Assembly (NCBI GenBank): GCA_012295275.1
Contig: CM022674.1
Span: 8,866,001-8,930,000, forward strand
Reading direction: 5' to 3'
Origin: Chrysomallon squamiferum
Lineage: Eukaryota > Animalia > Mollusca
Length of the DNA stretch: 64,000 nt
The position numbers were made by a program, and so were the translations under genes. Under the pieces are notes generated by a model that saw nothing but the letters and a program-made list of their open reading frames with translations, was not told where the DNA came from and made no database searches. How positions within the stretch are numbered: position 1 is the first letter of the stretch; the number at the start of each line of letters is the position of its first letter. Positions 1 through 14,800 of this stretch are shown here, piece after piece.

Positions 1-3000
1 CTTCTCTTGTGTAATTAGTTTTCTTCCTTTTTTATTTCTCTTAAAAGTCTTTCTTTATTCTATTTGTTTGCTTCTTTGATTTGTTTTACAGATTCTTCTT
101 TTCTCACTGACACTGGTTAATGTAGTAAAGTTAGGTAAATAATATAAAAGTAAATTATATCTAGTTCTTCCCTCTATGATAAATATTTCATTTACTTTTA
201 TGTACTGGTCTTAAAACTACTTTTCACCTCTATTAGTTCAGTGTTTGTCCATAGAGAATGATGTTACATTACTGTTATTTCTAATCATTTAGAGATTTTT
301 AAATATAATAAGTTACTGAAATCTTTTATCAGTATCAAGCTTGTAATGAAACAGTTTAAAAATGAATTATGTTGAGGTGTGCTCTATCTGTCAGCCCATA
401 TGTGGATGGGCTGTGACCATTTTGTACATCTGGCCCAGATTGTGCTGCAGGAGATTTCTGGAAGTAATTAAATTCCAAGCTGTGATTGTGTACAGGTTTA
501 ACAAGCCAGTGAAAGACTTTGATGTGTGATACTTGTGTTATCTGCTTGCGCTTTGTAATCTGTTGTCCTGTAACTAGTTTAACATGACACACTCTTTTAT
601 ATCACATTATACGTCATTTCTATCTTGTTTCAAATTAATTCACTTTCACAAGGTGTGAAGATTTTCTGTTTTCTTACTAACATCAAAACATTAAACTGAC
701 AGTTACATCTGATGTGAAACTAAGAAGCTAAGTCACAAATTAAACTTTTATTAGATCAGTGATAACATGTTTAGTCAAGGATATGCTCCTTTAAATGTGA
801 TTAACAACTTTTCTTTTCTTCTTTTTTTAAATTCTTCTTTTCACTATTTCTTTAAAGTAAAAAGTCAGTTTTGTATTTTACTATTTGTGAAAAACAACAA
901 CAAACAAACATAAAAAAGAAAGAGAAAAAAAAAAGAAATACAAATTTAAAAAATATACAGGTTAATTCTGGTTATGATGTTTCTTATATTTATGATATAT
1001 TTGATCTCACTTGCTTTATCTCATTATGTAAAACATTGCATTTATCTCAATTTATGTTTACTCCTCTTCACATTAAAAACAAACATAAGAGCTGTTTAAC
1101 AAGGTGAAGGTTATTAAATGAACATTCAAACAGGTGTAGACACAGGTAATATTTTTTACCTGTTGTTTCTAGATATACAAACCATGTTGTTATCAGTGGC
1201 TAGTTAGGAACTAAAAATAACAGTTTAAAGGTTTTTGCTGCCTGCACTGTTTGTACTGTTAGGAGTGTTTTCATAGTCTGATATAAAACATTGTATACAT
1301 ATAAGTGGACTGGATATACACTCTGATTAAAAGTCACATACAAGGTAAACTTCTCAGAGTTTTTATTTTCTTTTTATTAAAATACAGTAATAATACATTA
1401 AAAAGTTTAAAATTATTTATATTTATCAAACAAGCATTCTAGTTGATCAGACGTAGAATGTTGACCTAATATTATCCAAATATTTACCAGTTTGTAGATA
1501 TATTCTGTGTAGGTAATAGTCTTCCTATCTGTGTCCAGTGAGCTATTTCATGTTCCACCTAGCGCTGCACAGTTGTTGTTTGAAGACAGTAAGAAGGTGT
1601 AGCCACTGTTTTATATCCCAGGTAGTCTGAAAGATATCTGTAGAGAGAATTTCTCAGTCAGATATTGAATTAAATAGTCAGTTAAATTCAGTCTTTTATG
1701 GTTTTTAGTAAATTAATTACTAACAGCTGCTGGTTTCTGTTATTTCTCTGACAACAGGTTGGAATATTCCACTTGTTTTATAACATCAGTCTTGTACATA
1801 GACACAAGCATGTGCACACAAATGTATGCATGCACACACAGATACACACATATGCACATAATAATAATACCCCCAGAGTGAATATGTGCAAGTATGTTCA
1901 TTTGTGATGTGTGTATGTGTCACTTTGTGTGTCTGTGTTTGTGTGTGTGTTTCTGTATGTGTTTGTGTATCTGTATGTGTGAGATGTATGTGTGTCTGTG
2001 TGTTATGTGTGAGTGTGTTTGTGTGTGTGTGTGTGAAGAAAGAAGCAGTGTACTTTAGTAATTGTGTATAACAGTAAAGTTAGAGAAGGACATCAAAGTG
2101 TTGGCAGGGAAAAGCAAACTGTCTGGTGAACATTTGCTGTTGATGTATATAATAAATGCTGGCAACTTTCTTGGGTTTCAAAATAGAACACATTCCTCAT
2201 ACACTTTCCTGTTATTACCTATAAAGTCAAGTAGCATGTTTGGCATAGTCAGCCATTAAGGTAGAGGCAGATAGCAGAGACAAGGACAATTACACCTTGA
2301 CATGACCAGATCCTTTTTTTCCCATTCTAAAATATCAGGAAATATCAAAACTGTTTTTCAGTGTTCAGTCAGTTTCCATGATAGGATTGTAATGTTTTTC
2401 TGACTGAAGCTGAAGACAAAATATCCATAATCTGATCATCAAATATAGGCTGCTGAATGGCACAAAAAAAAGAAAAAAGAAAAAAAGAGAAGATTTTAGA
2501 TTTATGCAAGAAATAACATCTACAATCTATTATATGATGTTTTAACATTTATTCATACTTTTCTGATCTGTGGATTCCACGTTACACTAGTTTCTTTCAG
2601 AATTGTGTATTTTCCTAAATTCACCAAAATGTATTATTGTAAAGAGATTACCTGCTTCTGTCTGAACACAGCTGTTATTTACCAGCTCGTAACTTTATAA
2701 ATACAGTTCACTTATAGGTTTGTCTTGTTGATTTAAATGCATAGAGAAAAAAATACAGCAATCTATATTAAGAAATAATAAATAATGTTTTTATTAAATA
2801 CAAAAATCTCATTGTGTATGCACACCTTGTTTATGCAAACATGTATTACTGAAATGAAAAATATTTATTATAATCTTCTACTGATAAAATTTACAATTTA
2901 CTGATATCATATCAATAACAGTTATAAATATATTCATCTCATCTTTTAAACATTTATATAAGCTTTAAATAACTTTTTATCTTTTTTTATCCTCTACAAA

Positions 3001-6000
3001 GACATTCAGAAATAAATTTACCACAATAAATAGGTTTTTTTTTTAGTTGTTGATTTTCTGTTGCTGGAAATGTAGGGAATAGAAAAACAAGAAAGTAATA
3101 CTTTTCTAGATAGTTGTATCAGCTTTCTCGCCACCTGAAAAACCATTCATGTGCTCTTCGTAAGCACTTTCTTAATGCAGAAAGTCTTAAAGGATGTATT
3201 TTTTTCAGTTTTTTGCTCAATACCTGTTAATGCAAAAAGCAATTTTCCCTTTTAAAATACTTTTTCTGCCAACTACCTGTTAATGGAAATTATTTACAAA
3301 TATCGGTAACAAGAATTAATTGCAATCAGCGTAACAGAAGCAGTTTGGTTGCAATTATATTGTAGAATTGTTTTCTTTTTATGTTGTGAGTGCTGAACCT
3401 GGTTTGAATATACCACTTTGCTACATTTACTGCTTTGATATAAACCTCTTTGATACGTCCACTTTGATATACTTTGATATATTTTGGCTTTGAAATCTGT
3501 TCAGTGTGAATATGTCTCTCTCCAATTTTTTCTCTTTATTTTTCTTTTTTTGTTATTATACTTTCTCTGTCATTCATACACCTGCATGCCTGCACCCCCC
3601 ACACTCTCTCTCTCTCTTTCTACTGCAGAAATGTATTTTTGATTTTGTAATATTTTCAGTCTTTGTTTCGTTAATGTAAAACAAGGTTACACTTTTGAAT
3701 ATAAATTTTCTGTGGTATTGTCAAAAAGATGTAGAGGGGAAAAAAATAAATTTAATATGATTTGATAAAAATACCTGAAATTAGAAGAGAGCTTTAATGA
3801 CTGAGCACTCCCTCATTGATAACACAAACAAAAGAAAAACTAAAACTAAAAATATGTGTGTAGTCATTGATTTATGTAATTAGTTTTTATTTTTAATCAC
3901 CATTAATGAAGATTTTATTTTTTTGGTTCTGTGTAAAACATTCATTCATTCAGTTGTACCAGTATGATAACCTGCAGGCTAATATTTTTTTAACTAATGT
4001 AATTACCTCTTTAATTTTTGATATATTAATCACCGTGTTGCTGGGACGTTTATTCATGCATGGAAAGGGTGTTAATACAAGCCCTCTATTCTTTGCGTGA
4101 AATCCCTGTATATACAAGGTTCAGTTGGCAACTGAGAAAAATTAACAAAACCTGCAACAAATAGAAATTAAACAAAATGTTTCTCATAATTATGCAAGTG
4201 ACACTTCATGGGAAATTTGAAAAACATTTTGTATTTTCAATAATGTAAAAATGTAACAAAAATTAAATTAGCAAAATATAAAAATATAAACTTTTTTTTA
4301 CAGTTTTGCAGATTTGTTTTTGAATTTTTTTTCTTAAAATTCACCAGCATTTCAAGATATATGTTGCTGATAAAAAATGCATCAGTAGCAATCGTTTTCC
4401 TTTTGATATACATATTTGTTATTAGTAATAACAAACTGCCCTAAACTATCATAACTTTAATATAAGTAGTTTTATTAAACAATGGTATTACAATAGATTC
4501 ACTCTAATAACATTCTTCAGCATCTGATATTTAAAAATAAAAAAATTAATTTCTGTATTAAAAGCCAAGATCCTTTTAAAAATATTTTCACATATGTAGT
4601 ATATATATTTATTCCTTTGGGTTTTTTCAATGCTTAATTGTTTTTATTCAAAAACATAGCTTAAATCTTTTTTTTTCTTGGTTTACAAAAAGTGTTTTTA
4701 TCATAAACACTATTTTACAAAATGTCTTTTAAATTAGAACTTTTTTCAGTTTATGTTAAATATAAAACAAACACGTATTTATGAGAAAAATATTTTAAAA
4801 TTTTCACTTAAGTTTATTAGATCTCCATACATATATATATATATTTTATCCAAAAGAATTATGTTTTCTAAATTTCCCATGCTGACTTGAAAATGATATC
4901 AGAGTATTGTCAGGAGCTAAAGTAAAAAAACCACCTAGACATAACCCTTTATTGACAAAACAACCTTTGTTAATAGCCAAATCAGATAAGAAAAGCTTAG
5001 AAATCAGTAAAAATGTTTACATGAATAGACCCTACAATTACACCAAAGTATTTTATCTCCTTGTTTTGTAAAACTCTTTGAATGTTCACCTTATATGACG
5101 TAGGAAGCTACTATTACATGGATTTTTGTCTGGATATTACCTCTTATCTGATTGGCTGAATGGAGCAGAGCTGTGTTTAGTTTACCAGACAAACAACTTC
5201 TTTCATTGGCTTATCAAATACTGTATATGTGTCTCAAATTTCATCAGCTTTCATAATATGTGATAAGCACAGACTCATAAATAATTTTTTAAGTTTTAAC
5301 TATTCATCTGTGTAAAAGTATAGAAATATGGTTACAAAGCAGAAAAATATTTTTATTTAATGTTTGAGTTATTGTAAATTTGCCTAACACATGAGCATGC
5401 ATATATAGTTAATTTGAATTCAGAAAACAACTATGAATTCCCAGATTTACAGGTAAACATTGATCAAAATATTGTGATAATATAAACTTAAGTTCAAAGA
5501 TAGATCAGAGGAAGTTTCCAAGGTTTGAAAACTTTTTTCATTTGGTATTTCTTTTATAAACTCACTTGTAGCCTGTTGAGAAACTTCATTATTCCAAATC
5601 ACAGACCTGGTTCTAAAGTTCTTTTTTGATATGCTTCAAACAACATTTCACAAACAAGGTTACCTTGAGCAGAATTTCCATTACCATGTTAAGGTCATCC
5701 GCTGACATCTGGAAAAGATGCCATAATGTTGCAGTAAGTCTAGGGGAGGTCTGACAAGATACCATGAATCAAAGACCCTTAATTCCCCACCCCTGAACAA
5801 AGGCACAACAGTCTTGACATGCAAGTACTAAAAGAACATATTTTCAGATCTATAATTAAGCTAATTTTTGTCCTAAGTCTTAGGCTCCAGTAGTAACATA
5901 CAGACTGCATTTAGTGATGCTGGCTTTAATTTGTTCAGAAAGCTAGGCTGATTTGAAAATTCACCTTACTGACTCACATACTGCATGGCTTCTCTGCAGT

Positions 6001-6196
6001 AATTTGTAAATTAGCATCCATTACCTGTCTTTGCTGATGTTCTTGACAGAAGGTAAGTATCATTACATCCCACCATGACAGTAGACATTCCTTATTCAGT
6101 CTTCAGTGTTGGAGAGTTCTCTTTCTTTATCTCACAGTATTAGAGAGTTTTGTTTTCATGTTTCAGTTTATATATTTAAAAACAGGTAAGAATTGT

Positions 6197-6252
<56 letters not shown>

Positions 6253-8659
6253 TCTTTTTCTTTAGTTCTCTTTCTTCATGTTATGATAATAGATGTTATA
6301 CTTTTCATCTTGTTTAGTTCATGCAAAAACCAGGTAAGAGTTTTAAGATTAATAAAGCACAAAACACTAGTCATGCTTCATTGTTTATCTCTCTATCTTA
6401 TGATGTTTAACTTTAATTTTTTGAAGTTTTTTTATTGATGTAATCAGTTAGGAATTTACATTTTTATAACATTTAATCTCAAACTTTAAACAAAAAAGTT
6501 TTTATTATTCAATGTTTTTATTTTTAAACATTAGAAAATTTGTGTATATAATCTAATCATAATTAATTCTATTTTAGACGTTTGTCAACAATTCTGACAT
6601 TTTGAGATATAAGGTTAACATTTCAAATGTAATTTTACAGAAGAAATTATATTTTTTCTCTGTATAGCAAAATAATTGACTATTTTTCATCTTGTATGTT
6701 GGAATTTATTAGTGTCTTCAGCAAAATTCTAAAAATTGTTATATAATATTTAATAAAAATTGACAATTGTGACTTCATTGACATTCATTTTTCACAGGCT
6801 TGGATGTTTTCGGGTTACAAAATTGAAGATGTTTTGCTTTTTTCTTCTCAGATATGTTATTAATTATTTTTGGATGATAAAAATCAGTGTCGTGAGAAAT
6901 ACTTTGAAACTTCCAACCATGGAATTTAGTGGAAAATTGAACTGATCACTTGTTTGTATTTAGTTAGTTTCCTTGATGAAAATATTTACTTTCTTTTCTC
7001 AGTGTTAGAGAGTTCTGTTTTTGTACACTTCAGAGCTAGAAATTTCTGTTTTATTCAGCTGTAAAAGATAAAAATGATTTTACTTTACATAACAAGTTAA
7101 AAATTCAAGTTAAATAAGAAAACATTTTAGAAACTGTTAAAGAGTTTAGTAATAAAGAAAACAAATTCAAGCTATATCTGAGAGAAAAACTACTTTAATG
7201 TCCAACCTCAGCTTATTTATTGCTGTTGGTTACAAAATACACATGGGCCTACATTTGAACTTGGAAAGATAAAAGTAAGAAAACAAACATTATATTGAGG
7301 TGCACTTTGGAATGAGAATACACTGTGTATACCGGAAGTGAATAGGGCAGTATCTCCACCTGTTTGACATTGTGAGAATTTGGTAGGGGAAATAATTCCA
7401 CTTTGATAACATGTAGATAAGGTTCTGGGAAAGTTTTAGATTTAACATGGACAGACATATATTATCTCTGAAAGTGAATATTATTGAACTGAACACCATG
7501 ATCTTTTTAAAATAATCAAATATACATTTTTCCTTTTTTTTTTTTTTGCTGTTTATTTTTATTTATGTATTTTTTAAAAATGTATTTATTTAATTTTAAG
7601 AATCCTAATCCCGAGGACTGATGATGTTGCATTTTGTCCTTTACCAGTTTATAAAATCTTAATCTGTTATCTGAGAAAGCTTAATAAGATAAATGTGAAA
7701 ACTGAAGTAAATATTCTACTGATTTTATTTTGTTGATGTTGAATATGATGTGTTTTCTTTTATCATCTTAAATCCATGTCAAGCCTGGGAGATTAAAATC
7801 AAGAAATTGTCAACAACATTTCTTTTTGCTTTTAAAACTGAAAAATGTGTTTGAAGATTAAATTAATCTGTAAACCAATGTCAGTCTTACTGATTTTAAT
7901 GATAATAGCAAAGAAGACCAGTCAAATTCTTTCAGATATAATTTGTTATAAGAATCAGGATATAAGCTTTCAAGACAAATATAAATTTTAAATATATATT
8001 TTTAATTTCAATTTTAATGTTAAGAAAATGGTACAGTTTTTTAAAAAAGAAGGTAAAATGCCTTATAAATAATATAAAATTCGAAACAATGTTTTTCTAA
8101 AGTTAGAAAAATTAAAATGTTAATTTTTTAAAATGGTTTTTAATTATAAATCTGATAGAATAAAAAAATAAATAAGAAAATAAATATTTATTCTGAAAAA
8201 CATGCCAGATGCCAAATTATCAGATATCAATGTTAATTTTCAAAATGAAATTTCTGTATAAATGGTTATAACAGTATTTAGACAGAGTATTCTGACAGTA
8301 ACTATAATAATATAACTGTAAAACTGCTTTCTGTTATAATCCAATATTTTCAGTCATCTATTAACTAATCTAAGTTAACAGTCAAGATGAAATAAAACAA
8401 AAATGTGACTGAGTATAAAGAACAGACATATGCTGTATATTTGAGTTATTTTCTAAAATATAAAAAGCTAAAGAAGAAAATTTTTATACCAGTATTCCCA
8501 AAACTCAGCATGATTCATAACATAATATTCATTAATGTATTTATTGCTTTAACATGCATGAACCATGTTTTAGAATTACTAGCCAAGAAGAATGATTATA
8601 CCAAATGGGATAGTTGAAATTACATGCATATACAATATGTTTGTGTGTGTGTGCGCGTG

Positions 8660-8704
<45 letters not shown>

Positions 8705-8711
8705 TCAAAAT

Positions 8712-8932
8712 GTTTTTGTCAATTTTGTTTTTAATAGAAAATGTATTTTTGGCTTTTTCATTGCAGAAGAACTAAGAAATAAAAAATAGAATGTTTAAAC
8801 TAATGTTTAATTTCCTCTGTGACTGTGTTTAAGCCAGTTAATTCTCCTGTGATAGATCAGTGTTTGATAACATCACTAAATAATTACAGAGATATATTAC
8901 ATGTATGTAGAAAAGTAACTGGAGTTTTTACC
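8712..8932 (+). repeat. Left arm of a ~220-bp long inverted repeat
   Basis: Near-exact reverse complement of 10041-10266, e.g. gtttaagccagttaattctcctgtgatagatcagtgtttgataaca versus tgttatcaaacactgatctatcacaggagaattaactggcttaaac. Confidence 0.93.
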
Positions 8933-10040
8933 AGGCAGTTCTGTCACTGACAGCACTCATGACTTGTATGAAAAAGTAGTTCTGAAAGTTCCGTGATTAA
9001 CTCATTAAAGTATACAAGTTTCTGTCAGATGTTTTTATAAGTTCCTGGGTATGCGTTGTCATGTCCCTTTAACACAAAACAGTATGGAAAGTAGTATCTG
9101 TAAATAAAAAGATAATACTCCCCAAAATTATTTCAAAGTATTTATAATAATTTAGTAATGTTTGTTTATGAAATGGTGAAATAAAAATAAATTTTTTCTT
9201 TTACTATGATAATATAACCAATTATATTTGTTTTGACAAGTTAACACAAATATCTTTATTAGACAGACTATTACTTGTTCAAAGGCTTATTGCAATTTGA
9301 AAGATGCTGCTACCAGAATTTCACAGCTGATGGAAGAAACAATTGTTAAATGTTGCTTCCATGTGTGATATGAACTGTATGCAATGGTTGACTGATCAGA
9401 TAAAACAAACGTTGTGTTTTCAACAAATATTCTCACACTAGTTTCCAGGCTTTGTCCAGATTCCTGGTGTCTTCAAGTGATGGCCACTGAAATAGATAGC
9501 TCTGAGAAATGTCTGCCAGTTCCTTTGTGCTTCTTCATCATTTTTTTGAAATATTAATGTAATCTTTTGGTTGTTTACATGAAGTATATATGTTAAAGAG
9601 TGTGTGTGTGTGTGTCTGTGTGTCTGTGTCTGTGTGAAACATTAACCAGAAATTCACATCAGTATTTTTCAGAGAGAGATTTCCAATACTGCTACAGAAT
9701 ATCTTTATGTTACTGTAATTATGAAAGGAAGAAATGTTTTAATTATACTTGTGGATCGTGCTGTTGGCTATTCTTATTTAGTTAACAAGGAATCTTCTGT
9801 TTGGTCTTTTCCATAAATAGCTGAGTATATACCACAAGCCTTGATAATCTAGTTGTGAGCCACTGGTCAGAATGAGAAACAGCCCCCTGGACATACTGAA
9901 AAACATTATTTCAGTTTGTGGAATGTCATTTTATGTGATGTAATGATTACAAAATAAACCACAGATCAATCATTATATACCTGATTATATACCAGACCAA
10001 TTCAGATAACAAGACTCACAGGTTAGAAACTTGTTCCACA

Positions 10041-10266
10041 GGGAAAAACTCCAATTACTTTTCTACATACATGTAATATATCTCTGTAATTATTTAGTGA
10101 TGTGTTATCAAACACTGATCTATCACAGGAGAATTAACTGGCTTAAACATAGTCATAGAGGAAATTAAAAATTAGTTTAAACATTCTATTATTTCTTTCT
10201 TAGTTCTTCTGCAATGAAAATGCTAAAAAATACCTTTCCCAATAAAAACAGAAATTGAAAAAAAAA
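10041..10266 (-). repeat. Right arm of the ~220-bp long inverted repeat
   Basis: Reverse complement of 8712-8932; spacer about 1.1 kb. Confidence 0.93.
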
Positions 10267-11239
10267 AATAAGAAAAAAAAAAAAAAACCCACTGGAAAAT
10301 GATACATCAGTTTCTTAATGAGGACAACCTTTTTATATTACAAAGAACAATCATTGTCTAAAAATGCTTGCAGATTACCATTCTTTAAGTCATTTGCAGA
10401 TTGAAATTTGTTTTTCCTGATATGCCAATTTATTTTCAGTATTTACTTCATACCCAGTGGAAATTCATATTTGATTAATGTAATAAAAAAGGTAGATACA
10501 ATGAAACATTTTCTTTTGTGATTACAAACAGTATTCATGTTACAGCTATACATTATTAATTTATTAATAAAAAATAAAGTAAAAAAAGTAAAAAAAGATA
10601 AAACTATATTTTGTGGGTCTCAGTGAATTGCCACAGATTGTTTAAGTCATTACACAGTGTTTATTATTGTGATATTTATATACAAATATTTTATATCCCA
10701 TAGATTGTCATAACCATCATTAGCAGCTGCAGCATCATCACCATTGTCATACTCATTATCATCATTAGTATTATTATTTTCAGTATAGTATATAACACTC
10801 AGTTTATCCAAGAGAACACAAAGATTCCCATGTGAAGAGACTGAGAATTAGTTGAAATTAGAATAAACAGTTTGTCTTGTGTCTGAAAAGCTTGTAAAGA
10901 TAACACACAACGTGTCAGTAGCTGATTAAACAAGAGAACATCGTTTGTATGTGATGAAGAAATGCGTTTGAATCACATACTAATTACAATAACATAAAGA
11001 TATTGTGTACCTTAGCTAGGAGTAATGAAAACACCTTTGCATCTGATGCTAACAGAAATAATAATCATGCCATGAATCGAAATTAAGCAACTGGAAAATA
11101 CCTTTTCTTTCTCTAAAAGATCCTATTTTAATATATATAAATATTAGCATAATAACAGGAAAATCTGTTCAAAAGCTAGAAATATTAATTTCAAAGTAAA
11201 AAAACCATTTCTGCATGATACTGATTATTAATGTTTATT

Positions 11240-11830
11240 AAGAAAACAAGACTTAGTCATGTTTAGAAATCAGACTAAAGTAATGTTAAAAATAAATAAT
11301 AAATGAATGCTAAAATTCAGACAAAGCATTGTTAAAAATAAAACTAGTAATATTAGAAATAAGACTAACCTCACTTTAGTAATGTCAAAAGTCAGACTAA
11401 AGTAATGTTATAAGTAAGACAAAGGTAATGTTAAAAATAAGACTAAGACAATGTTAAAAATCAGGTTAAGACATGTTAAAAATAAATATTAAAAACAAAA
11501 TTAAAACTATGTTAAAAATGCATATTACCATATAAGTTTGTTACAAATAATACTAAGGTAATGTTAAAAATAGGACTAAGGTTATGTTAAAAATAGGACT
11601 TAGGTAACGTTAAAAATAAGACTAAGGTAATGTTAAAAATAGGACTAAGGTAATGTTAAAAATAAGATTAAGACAATTTTAAAATTAAGATTAAGACAAA
11701 ATTTAATGTTAAAAATAGGACTAAGGTAATGTTAAAAATAAGATTAAGACAATGTTAAAATTAAGATTAAGACAAAATTTAATGTTAAAAATGACTAAGG
11801 TAATGTTAAAAATAAGACTAAGGTAATGTG
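11240..11830. repeat. Minisatellite with 22-23 bp unit (aaaataagactaaggtaatgtta), degenerate at the 5' end
   Basis: Directly visible tandem copies. Confidence 0.9.
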
Positions 11831-14800
11831 ATTTAACTGAAAATTGCTTTCTTGTCACAGGGGACACCACTTTCTACTTTAATTATCTCACTGTCTTCTT
11901 CTGTCACTGAGGTCATTTCTTTTGTACACTTTGATTTTTCACTGGTTTATTTTTTCCTTTAAAAATAAGACTTTTTATAGCTGTTATTCTTGTTATAAAT
12001 ATTTTATATTTTAAAAATGTATTTACCTACCATCTAACTCAATTTTCATGTAAGCAAGTTTGAAAAGAAATGAACATATTCTTTCAATTAAATTCTAGTT
12101 TGGTGATTTACTGTTTAAAAACCAATAAATAAATTGACATTTTCTGAATTCTCATTATTATTATTATTATCACAGACAATAATGGATCACAATTTTGTTT
12201 TTAATGTTTAATATTTATGAAGAATAAAGCAGTAAACATCAGAATAGTGCAGCCTGATCTGCAACAAATACTTTATGAACACTTTATGAAACTACTTGAC
12301 TCAGTAACATAAAATGTGGCAACAAGAAAAAGAAGAAAAAGGATATAGGCCAGGATTAAAAAAAGAGAAAAAAAGAGAGAAGAAATTAGACTATTTGCAC
12401 AAAATAATTATTTAATAAAATTTACTTCTACTTTTAATATTTAATGCTTAGTATTAACTGAACTGAATTAACTAATCTTTTTAATGTTATAAGTAAACTA
12501 TTTTTTTTTATTACCTCACTTCCTAATTCATTTTATTTTTTTCTGGTTTGTACATGGTATAAATACTAAATTAAGTATTTCTAATCATTTTATTGGTTTA
12601 CCTCACTGTTCACAGCAGTTGATTGCCTCAGAGCAAGTGAAAAATAAAATCAGACTGGTGGAAAAGCTGTAGAAGTATATCAGAATTATATTGATATTTT
12701 CTACCATCAAGTCAAAATATATCTGCACCAAACCAGAATTTTTTTTGTTTTTTTCTTGAAACTGTAAATTTAAATATACATACATACATACATACATATT
12801 CTTTTAAATCCTTTCTTCTGTTATTTTCTTTTCTGGATACTCTTACATAAATTATTTAATATTTCATATACTTAGAATAAAAATCAAAAAACCACAATTC
12901 ATTTAGATTATGAAATGATAACTGAAAAATGATAGATAATTTTATGAATGTATAAACTGATAGATAAATTTAGTATTGATAATGAAAAGGAACTTGAAGA
13001 AATAATGTAGGGAAAAAAGGATGAAAAAAAAGAAGTAAAGAAATTTGCAATACACACATCAAATTATGCATTGCAAACACACACATACATGAACATTAAC
13101 ACTTTTTGCTGAGGTGTGTGTAGGCTGATAAATTGTGATGACGTTTACTCTGACAGCATTGAAATTGATTACACACATCACTTCACTAAACACTGATTTC
13201 AAGTCTTCATACTAGAAAAGTTCATAGCAGATTTTTTAGATTTTGTAAGAAAAACAGCTCAGTCATATATAAATGTAAAGTGACTGGACACATTCTTTAT
13301 GAGACTAGCACTGACCAGTGGAAGAAGTAAAAAAATATTTGTTTATGGCTAGAATTACTTGAATATCACTGACCTGTAGCAGATATTTAGATACTGGTGT
13401 TTTGGTAAGAGTGTTTTCACGTGGAGAAACAAGCATGTCTGCTGGAGGATTGGTTTTGTTTGGTATCAGTTGTCTTCAAATATGTGTGAAGAGAATGAAA
13501 CTCAGTGGGAGGCAGAGCATCCACTTCATACACGAACAGTCACAGGGTCTACTGTCTGTAGATCAATATTTTCTGTTCCACTAAGTGCTCTTAATGACTG
13601 AATACTCTGAGATTATCTTTAAAAGAGTGCTTAGCACCCACATATACATATATTGTTTAAATCAAAATTCTAAAAATAGATTCTCATTATTCTCCTCTCT
13701 GACATATATTTATTATCGTAATGTGTGCTACATTAAAATCTGTTGCACAATAATGTGTTTGCTATGGAGATTCAATACAGTATCAACAGGCAGTGCTAAT
13801 ACCATACTGTCATCTTAGTGCTAAAAATATTAATTTTCTTAAACTGTAAACAGCTAACATCTGTAAAAAATTAATAACTTTTTATACAAAGCAATAAAAC
13901 TGTTTTTAGGCAGTATTAATAAATATGATTAATGAAAATTTTCTTGTTGATGTATTACTTGACAATACAAACTATTTATTAATTTAATAATTAGCCATTT
14001 AATTCAAAATAAAAAATACAGATAATCAATGAAGGATGTTTTTAAGTATTTCTGTTTGGAAGACTGCAGATCAATCCTTTTTACAGCTTGCTCATGGTTA
14101 TTTATTTAACCAAAATATAATTTAAATTTATTTTTCATTTTTTTTTTTATATAAATAAAAAAAAATAAAAAAAACAAAGTTTGGTTTTCCAGATTAACTT
14201 TGGCGCCTAATAGGAAACAGCAAAATAAGTTAAAGAGTATCATATCTATTGTTAAAAGAGAGTTGCAGTATTAAAGTTCAGTGTAACATGATTACTGTAT
14301 TAATTTCACAATACACTATTGTCTTTCATCTTCCTGTATGTGCATTCAAGTGGAAACAATGGGTATGTTGCAGCACATGTTTTGATGCAATTATAATTAA
14401 TCACACGACAAATATCATTTAATCAAGAGTTTTAAAAAGAATTTAAAGGTAAGGAAAAAAGAAAATTTTTACACAATTGCATTTAAATTGATTTTGATTA
14501 AAACCTCTTTTATAATTTTTATTAATTCCATGTCTTTAAGTATGTTATTTTCACACCAGAATATTTTTTCTTAATTAATAAATAGGAATCACTGTATAAA
14601 ACAAAAAAACAAAATTAAAATAAAATCATTACTGAAATAAAGTTAATGTTTTACAAATGTCTCTTGGAAATTTTCAAACAAATATTTCAATTTAATGGCT
14701 GTATTAAATATATTTTTGGCACAACACATAAATATTTAGTGTGACTGTAGAGTTTATATAGTAAATAAATTGACTTAGATCTGTAGGAAAGTATATCATA

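Noticed and set aside
5096-5209. TGACGT plus two ATTGG (reverse CCAAT) motifs as a promoter upstream of the 6052 donor
   Set aside because: Motifs this short occur by chance in 64 kb, no compatible coding frame leads to the donor, and there is no independent evidence.
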